A DNA stretch of 64,000 nucleotides from a virus, in IMG/VR virus record IMGVR_UViG_3300030107_004423, positions 1 to 64,000 of that record. The stretch is one strand, 5' to 3'. Position 1 is the stretch's first letter. The number at the start of each line of letters is the position of its first letter. The notes beneath the pieces were generated by a model that saw nothing but the letters and a program-made list of their open reading frames with translations, searched no databases and was not told where the DNA came from. A program made the position numbers and the translations under genes. Below, piece after piece: positions 58,004 to 64,000 of the stretch.

Positions 58004-58209
58004 AACAGCTGTTAAAATTAGGAGATCATACATTCTTTGGATTAAGTTTGTTAAAATTAGATTTAAGGCAAAATGTATATGTTCTTATGATAACATTGAT
58101 ATTTTTTACTTTTGATTTTTCATTTAGAAAATGGGGAGTAAGAATAGGAATGTCAAGTGGCGACTCTGAAGTATTTTTTAAAATACACTTAGGAGCTCAA
58201 TGGAGTTAA
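58000..58209 (+). CDS. Small hydrophobic/aromatic beta-rich protein
   Basis: ggagg SD; ATGA overlap; unrelated to 3546..3674. Confidence 0.6.
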   Translation: MKQLLKLGDHTFFGLSLLKLDLRQNVYVLMITLIFFTFDFSFRKWGVRIGMSSGDSEVFFKIHLGAQWS

Positions 58210-58220
58210 TTAATCAATTA

Positions 58221-58246
58221 AGTAGGGATAGTTATCTGTCCCTACT
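58221..58246. terminator. Hairpin at convergent gene ends, variant B
   Basis: agtagggata/tgtccctact. Confidence 0.55.
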
Positions 58247-60959
58247 TTCCTCTTAATTCTTCAGATAAAGCTATTAACTTTAAACTACCACTTTGATTTT
58301 TCTTTTTATTAAGCTTAAAAGGTTTAAATCCTAAGTACTCTTTAGATGCTTTATTTATAGCCTTTCTATTATCTTTTATCCAAGAACGTGGATATAAGCC
58401 TAATTCATGCCTAACTATATCCATACCTCTTCCATCACGTATAGCAGGCCCAGTTTTTGTCATCCACCTTGCAAACTCAGTATTTAATTTATTCCACATA
58501 TTTCTTTTTTCTACAGTATCTATTCTTTTCTTTGGGCCAACCCAATCAGGAACATCACCTTCTCCATAATAATCTATATAACCTGTAAGCATTCTTTGCC
58601 AATTTTCATCTGGCATTTTATATAGTTGAAGTGCATTTAACCCATATAATATATCGCCTACTAAAGGCCCTGTATAATCATTTATTAACCCTCTTTTTCC
58701 TTCTAGTTCTTTAGGGGGTTTTTTAGATTTTAACGTCTTTCTACCTTGAACATTTGCTTTAAATTCTTCTACTGGAAGAGTTAGATAATCTTTCATATCT
58801 CTAATTCTTCTTACAGTATCATTCTCTAATAAATTATTAAAATCTAAGTTAAATCCTACAGATAAAGCTTGTACAGCTGTATATATTCCTGCAAATCTTA
58901 AAGCTTGTCTTAATTCAGGAGCATCCCATTGAGCTGATAAGGCAGCATCTTTAGCTCCATGCAATATTTTAGATTGAAGATTTAAAAATGACATAGGATA
59001 ATGTAAAAATTGGAACACCATCTCACCAGTAGCAGTAGCATAATCTCTACCTTTCATTTTAGGAAGTCCATCAGGACCAATTTCACCTGCAGGAGCAGTA
59101 CCACCTATAGCTCTTGCTTTAGCATGTGATGCATATTCAAAAGCAAAAGCATTAACAGATTTTAATGCAAATCTAGTGGCCATTTGCTGTATTTTACGGT
59201 TATTAGCTGAATCTAATTTTTCTATAGCATTATAATCTGTAGGTTTTAATATATTATGATCTTTTAAAGATTCATAAGCTTGAACCCATGCAATTCTAAA
59301 CATCCATTTACGAGTAGCATTCTCAGTAAACCTATGGAATACCAAAGATTTACCTACTACATTATCTATCATAGGATCTAAAGTTTTTAAAACTCCTCTA
59401 TCTCTATATGTAACCTTATTTTTTACTGGATCAAATATAATATCACTTTGATTAACAGAAGAAGGTATTAATCCTTCAGCTACTAATTCTCTACCACCTT
59501 CTGCGAATTTAAATCCCTGCTCCGTTTCTATTTTAGTAAGCATAGATTCATAATGAGAATTATATTTTCCTATAGCAGCTGTAGCACTAGATATACCATT
59601 TTCTGCAAAGAAGTAGGCAGCACTAGCACCATTTCTTATAGCTCCTGTAACAGACAATCCCATAGATTTTAAAGTTTCAGCTGCCATTAAACCTCTAACC
59701 ATAGCATTTACATAATTAGGTCTTTCTAAGTTTCCTTTAGTAGCTACTTGAAAAGTATCCTCAAGATATCCTCTCATACTTCTTATAAATTCAGGATTAG
59801 TATCATCTTTTTGAAATTTTCTTATAGCTGGTAAATATTGTTCTTGTATAAAATTGATTTTATTAAAAGCTATTACATCTTTAGAGTAGTTAGTCAGTAT
59901 AAAGAATGGATTCTTACTCCATGAATTATTTAAAAGCTCGTTACGAGATTTAGCAGCATCTGGTATCATAGTTTCTATTTTATCAACCACAACTCCTAAA
60001 GCAGTGTCAGCCTCATTTCCTTTTTTTGCTTCTAATGCTTGCCTCATTTTATAATTAACCTCAACTATATTATCCATTATATAGTGAGGAAGATAACCAC
60101 CTTCTTTAATTCCCTTGCCTATCTTTTCTTTGGCTTGTCTGATTCTTTCTACATATTTTTGGCCTGTCTTAGGAAGTAACGGACTATCATAAACCATTTT
60201 AACTACATTTTCCATTCTATCTAATCCATTTATTAATACTTTTCCCATATTATCCAATAAAGATCTAGATTCTTTTACAGCTAAAATAACATTCCTATCA
60301 TATTTAGTGCCTCTTTGAGTATTTTTTAAGAAATTAGTATTATCCATCTCCATTAAAGATATATAATCATTAATTACTTCATCTCCATATTTAGTAAATA
60401 AATCGTTATATTCTTTTGTATATTCAGTGTTAACACCTTCATCACCTTCAACCATTATAAGTCTTTCCAGGTCAGCTAATCTTTTTTGGTATTTTTTTAC
60501 TTCTTTTTTAGATTTGCCTGTTTTTAATATTAAAGCATTTCTTATATGACTAGCTATAGATTTAGATGTTGTTAAATATTGATCTAAATTATTACGTTCA
60601 TAGTTAATAGCTTCATTTACTTTTTCATAAAATACTCTTGTTACTGGAGAATAGTTAGCTATAGCATCAGATACATAAAAATATCTTTTAAAAGTACCTA
60701 TTTTTCTATACTTGTAATTATATTCTATGTTATCTATTTCTTTTTTCATTCTATTTATCATACCTTCTGAGAAATTAAAATCACTGCTAAAAGGAATTTT
60801 AAATAAATGTTCAGATACATCATTTATATATAACTCAGCATTTCTATCATTAGGACTAGACCCACCTATTTTCCCAATACTTTTAGATAGCTTTTTGTTC
60901 CAATGACTAACGACATCTTCAAATCTTTTATTTGGTACACCGTAAAAACAATCTATCAT
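58242..60959 (-). CDS. Large internal virion/ejection protein (905 aa), variant B
   Basis: Motif homology to 3712..6816 (NPFFILTNYSKDV; FEYASHAKARAI; FQFLHY). Confidence 0.6.
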   Translation of the reverse strand: MIDCFYGVPNKRFEDVVSHWNKKLSKSIGKIGGSSPNDRNAELYINDVSEHLFKIPFSSDFNFSEGMINRMKKEIDNIEYNYKYRKIGTFKRYFYVSDAIANYSPVTRVFYEKVNEAINYERNNLDQYLTTSKSIASHIRNALILKTGKSKKEVKKYQKRLADLERLIMVEGDEGVNTEYTKEYNDLFTKYGDEVINDYISLMEMDNTNFLKNTQRGTKYDRNVILAVKESRSLLDNMGKVLINGLDRMENVVKMVYDSPLLPKTGQKYVERIRQAKEKIGKGIKEGGYLPHYIMDNIVEVNYKMRQALEAKKGNEADTALGVVVDKIETMIPDAAKSRNELLNNSWSKNPFFILTNYSKDVIAFNKINFIQEQYLPAIRKFQKDDTNPEFIRSMRGYLEDTFQVATKGNLERPNYVNAMVRGLMAAETLKSMGLSVTGAIRNGASAAYFFAENGISSATAAIGKYNSHYESMLTKIETEQGFKFAEGGRELVAEGLIPSSVNQSDIIFDPVKNKVTYRDRGVLKTLDPMIDNVVGKSLVFHRFTENATRKWMFRIAWVQAYESLKDHNILKPTDYNAIEKLDSANNRKIQQMATRFALKSVNAFAFEYASHAKARAIGGTAPAGEIGPDGLPKMKGRDYATATGEMVFQFLHYPMSFLNLQSKILHGAKDAALSAQWDAPELRQALRFAGIYTAVQALSVGFNLDFNNLLENDTVRRIRDMKDYLTLPVEEFKANVQGRKTLKSKKPPKELEGKRGLINDYTGPLVGDILYGLNALQLYKMPDENWQRMLTGYIDYYGEGDVPDWVGPKKRIDTVEKRNMWNKLNTEFARWMTKTGPAIRDGRGMDIVRHELGLYPRSWIKDNRKAINKASKEYLGFKPFKLNKKKNQSGSLKLIALSEELRGK

Positions 60960-63900
60960 TATCTACATGATCTCCTTCTATCTATTTGGTTTTCTTTCCA
61001 ATTTCTAAACATATTTCTTACTCTTTTTTGATCTACTTGACCCTCAGGAACAACTGTAGTTCTAACTGTTTGCCCTACACCAGCTTTTATAAGAGAAGCT
61101 TCCATGTCAGGAGTGATTATACCTGATAATATGTCAACTAGTGGTTGATTAGCTCCTTCTGGTAAAGCATAGTCTTTTAAAAATAAGGAACTTTTATTTA
61201 ATTTCCTAGTAGTTTCATTGCTTCTTCCAGATATAAAATCTTTATGTTCATTATACTCAGATACTATCATAGTAGCTTCATCATGATGTCCATTTTTATG
61301 CAAGTAATTAAACACTTCTGTAAATATCTTTTTATTCATTCTTAATATAGGCATAGGAGTATCGCCTTCTGCATACTCTCTAGCTATAATATCAGGTCTT
61401 AAAAGCATTTTAGCTTTATAATATATTAAAGAACCACTTTCGCCTAATTCTTTTATTATATATTGAGGTCCTAATACTTGTCCATTTAAGTCTGTAATAT
61501 TATTCTTAAAAAACTTAGATAGCTCTAATTCTTTTCTCATATGATAATTATTAAATATATCTTCAGCTAAAGCTCCTGTTTGTCTATATTCTCTTAAAGC
61601 ATTTTTCCAACCATCCATAATAGTTTTTCTAGTTTGAGCTGCCACAGATTCATATTTTCCATAAGTAGCTCTATCTACAAAATTCATAGGTAGAGAATTA
61701 TATGTAAAGTTCCAAGCATAACCATCTAAAGCTGAATCTCTAGTAATTCTTGTTCCTACTATTGGTTGTTGTAATATTAAATGCTTTCCTCTTAAATTTT
61801 TAGATCTTTGACCAGGAGAAACTGTTTGTACAAATTGCAATGCATCAAAATTTGGAACTCCATCAGTATATAATTTCCCTACTACTTTATATATAACATG
61901 ATCTTTATTATAATCTTGGTTATAATATTTAGGAGTTCTTCCATCTTTATTAGGTTTGAAGTCTTTTATGTATTTTTTCTGATTATCTTTGATATTCTTT
62001 AATACTTCATTTCCTCTTAAAGTCTCTATAATAGTCTTTGCACTTGATATATTATTTAATAAATCTGTAGTATGTTCTATTATAGCTCTATTACCTGACT
62101 TCATTCCCATGTGATAATTTAACTTGTTATGTAGGAAATTTTCTTCACTTATTAATAGATCATGCACTAATGAAGCTTTTTCAGCATTTCTAGGTAAGTA
62201 TCCTATTTCATCCAATTTTAACAATGTTTCTCCATTTGCTATCATTTCTGAATCTGTAATGCCTAGTACTCTCATCATAGCTATGTCATTTAAAAGCTTG
62301 TCTGTACCTATTTTATAATTACTGATATTAGGATTATCCCAAGCATTGTCAATTTCAGTAGATTTAAACATTTGTTTTTTTACTATCTCATCCATAACAA
62401 CGCCTATGTTGTTTTTTCTTATAGCTTCTGTAATACTTTTAGCGCCAAATTTTATAACATTATTTCTTGGTCTTATTTTCCCTTGTAATGCTAATATCTT
62501 TAACTCATCTATATCTCTAGCTGTTACATCTGATTTTTTTCCAGTTTTAGGATCTGCCTCAACTGAAAAGAAAAGAGGTACTAATTCATTAAGTTTATTG
62601 TTAATGTCTACATCAGCTCTTTTATACTTTCTTACCAAATTAGTAAAAACAACTTGATTAGGATTGCTAAAGAATCTTCTCATATCAGAATATCTTTGTT
62701 GTATATCCCAAGAAGTAGCTTTCTTAGGTCCCATATCTCCATATATTTGATTAAATATGGCTGCAGGTTGCTTTAATATATTTATAACTTCATATACTAT
62801 ATCTCTATGAACGCTATTTTCTGGATGATTAAACATCTTTCCTGTTAGATCAGTTTCACCATCACCATATATCATATAGTCTAACCCTTTATCACCAGCT
62901 ATTTTGTCGCTTAGATTTGCTATAAAGTCAACTACACTCTGATTACCTTTTTCTAATCTGTTAAACATACCTTTGTTATTGACTAGAGTATTTACATCAT
63001 AATCAAAATTATCTTTCATTCTTTTTCCATCTATGGAGAAATCATTTAGATACATCCATTCTATAGCACTTTGCATTCCAATTACTTTTCCAACTTGCAT
63101 AGAATCAAAATGTATTTTTTGTTTTAATTCTGATATATCATTAGAGCTAACAGTTCCTGCAGGTAATAATCTACCATCATTATCTTTTCCTATTCCATAT
63201 ATATTTGCTTTTCTAGGTGTAGATTCTAATACAGGATATTCCTCTTGAAAACTTGCCATCTTAAAAGAATGCTTTAAAAATTCTTTAGTTTCTTTAGTAG
63301 AATAATCATGAGTATGTCTTACATGATCCCCATCCCAATCACCTTGAGCATTAGCTCTAGAGTCATATGAATTTAATTTAAATGCTGTACCTATTCCTGA
63401 GTCTTGCTTTCTAACTCTTACAGGCATAAAATCAGAAGGACCTTTTCTAGGACCTCTTTCAACATTTATAACCAATCCAAAGTTGTTATTTTTCAATCCT
63501 TTCCATCCTTGTGTATTCATGGATTTTTGTATAAATTTTTGAACTCCTGCAATAGAAGGAGCTCCTCCTTCTCCACCCATAACAGCATGTATTTTTTGAC
63601 GAGATTTATTTTTAAATATAGCATCTAAATACTCTACAAATTCAGCTACTTTTTTAGGTACCTTAATATTTTTATCAGCATCTATAGATACTCTATTTCC
63701 ATCTTTGTCTAATACATTAGTTCTATAGCCCGCATCTTGATATTCCATTAAAGGATTATATATATTTGTAAATTTGCCATTCTCGTAATTAAATGTATAA
63801 TCTATATCGTTATCTCTAAATACAAAAGAAAGCTCTTTCATGCTATGCACAGGCATAAAATCAGCGTCTGCACCCATAACAGCTTCACCTAACTGTATTC

Positions 63901-64000
63901 TAGCAGTACTTTTCACATCTCCCGCTTGATCATATATATCTAATCCTATAGGATTTTTAGAATTTAAATCAGGTATTATAAATGGATATGCAAATTTAGG
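60959..64000 (-). CDS. C-terminal part of the giant virion RNA polymerase-like protein, variant B (frame open to the window edge)
   Basis: ERGPR...AQGDWDGD (63326..63343); same gene position as 6817..15759. Confidence 0.7.
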   Translation of the reverse strand, partial: PKFAYPFIIPDLNSKNPIGLDIYDQAGDVKSTARIQLGEAVMGADADFMPVHSMKELSFVFRDNDIDYTFNYENGKFTNIYNPLMEYQDAGYRTNVLDKDGNRVSIDADKNIKVPKKVAEFVEYLDAIFKNKSRQKIHAVMGGEGGAPSIAGVQKFIQKSMNTQGWKGLKNNNFGLVINVERGPRKGPSDFMPVRVRKQDSGIGTAFKLNSYDSRANAQGDWDGDHVRHTHDYSTKETKEFLKHSFKMASFQEEYPVLESTPRKANIYGIGKDNDGRLLPAGTVSSNDISELKQKIHFDSMQVGKVIGMQSAIEWMYLNDFSIDGKRMKDNFDYDVNTLVNNKGMFNRLEKGNQSVVDFIANLSDKIAGDKGLDYMIYGDGETDLTGKMFNHPENSVHRDIVYEVINILKQPAAIFNQIYGDMGPKKATSWDIQQRYSDMRRFFSNPNQVVFTNLVRKYKRADVDINNKLNELVPLFFSVEADPKTGKKSDVTARDIDELKILALQGKIRPRNNVIKFGAKSITEAIRKNNIGVVMDEIVKKQMFKSTEIDNAWDNPNISNYKIGTDKLLNDIAMMRVLGITDSEMIANGETLLKLDEIGYLPRNAEKASLVHDLLISEENFLHNKLNYHMGMKSGNRAIIEHTTDLLNNISSAKTIIETLRGNEVLKNIKDNQKKYIKDFKPNKDGRTPKYYNQDYNKDHVIYKVVGKLYTDGVPNFDALQFVQTVSPGQRSKNLRGKHLILQQPIVGTRITRDSALDGYAWNFTYNSLPMNFVDRATYGKYESVAAQTRKTIMDGWKNALREYRQTGALAEDIFNNYHMRKELELSKFFKNNITDLNGQVLGPQYIIKELGESGSLIYYKAKMLLRPDIIAREYAEGDTPMPILRMNKKIFTEVFNYLHKNGHHDEATMIVSEYNEHKDFISGRSNETTRKLNKSSLFLKDYALPEGANQPLVDILSGIITPDMEASLIKAGVGQTVRTTVVPEGQVDQKRVRNMFRNWKENQIDRRRSCR

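Noticed and set aside
4232-63628. Short ORFs antisense or out of frame within large genes (e.g. 7880..8248, 35033..35377, 38190..38501, 62346..62657)
   Set aside because: Shadow ORFs without an SD, lying inside well-supported genes
63860-63885. MGADADF in variant B as the catalytic motif
   Set aside because: Lacks the third Asp (ADADFM) and lies upstream of RxP; GDWDGD fits the position
1-64000. Prophage or alternative genetic code
   Set aside because: No integrase or host genes seen; long genes are intact under the standard code and TAG/TGA act as normal stops

Overview
AT-rich tailed-phage (podovirus-like) DNA with no integrase, tRNA, rRNA or CRISPR array recognisable. Bases 1-54593 form about one genome unit. 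It has a plus-strand early/replication arm (small ORFs, QGDV+DUF6745-like pair, ERF, SSB, AEP primase-SF4 helicase, DUF932, DUF1599/Nmad1, Hjc-like resolvase). It also has a long minus-strand late arm (TerS, 1822-aa tail fibre with S74 chaperone, TerL, M15 endolysin, portal, scaffold, DUF5309/SU10-type capsid, adaptors, nozzle, ejection proteins). From ~54594 the gene order repeats as a diverged second variant, with a 54,593-bp offset at the helicase. The main finding is a 2980-aa protein in the ejection cluster carrying motifs of a single-chain double-psi-beta-barrel RNA polymerase (IDALTFKSANK; NSRQP...DADFDFD). This is a crAss/phi14:2-like virion RNAP candidate in a ~55-kb, Shine-Dalgarno-using phage with no recognisable DNA polymerase. 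The second variant has a barely alignable counterpart with GDWDGD beside near-identical replication genes. Several intergenic regions look like structured RNAs. All family calls come from motif recognition by eye, not database searches.
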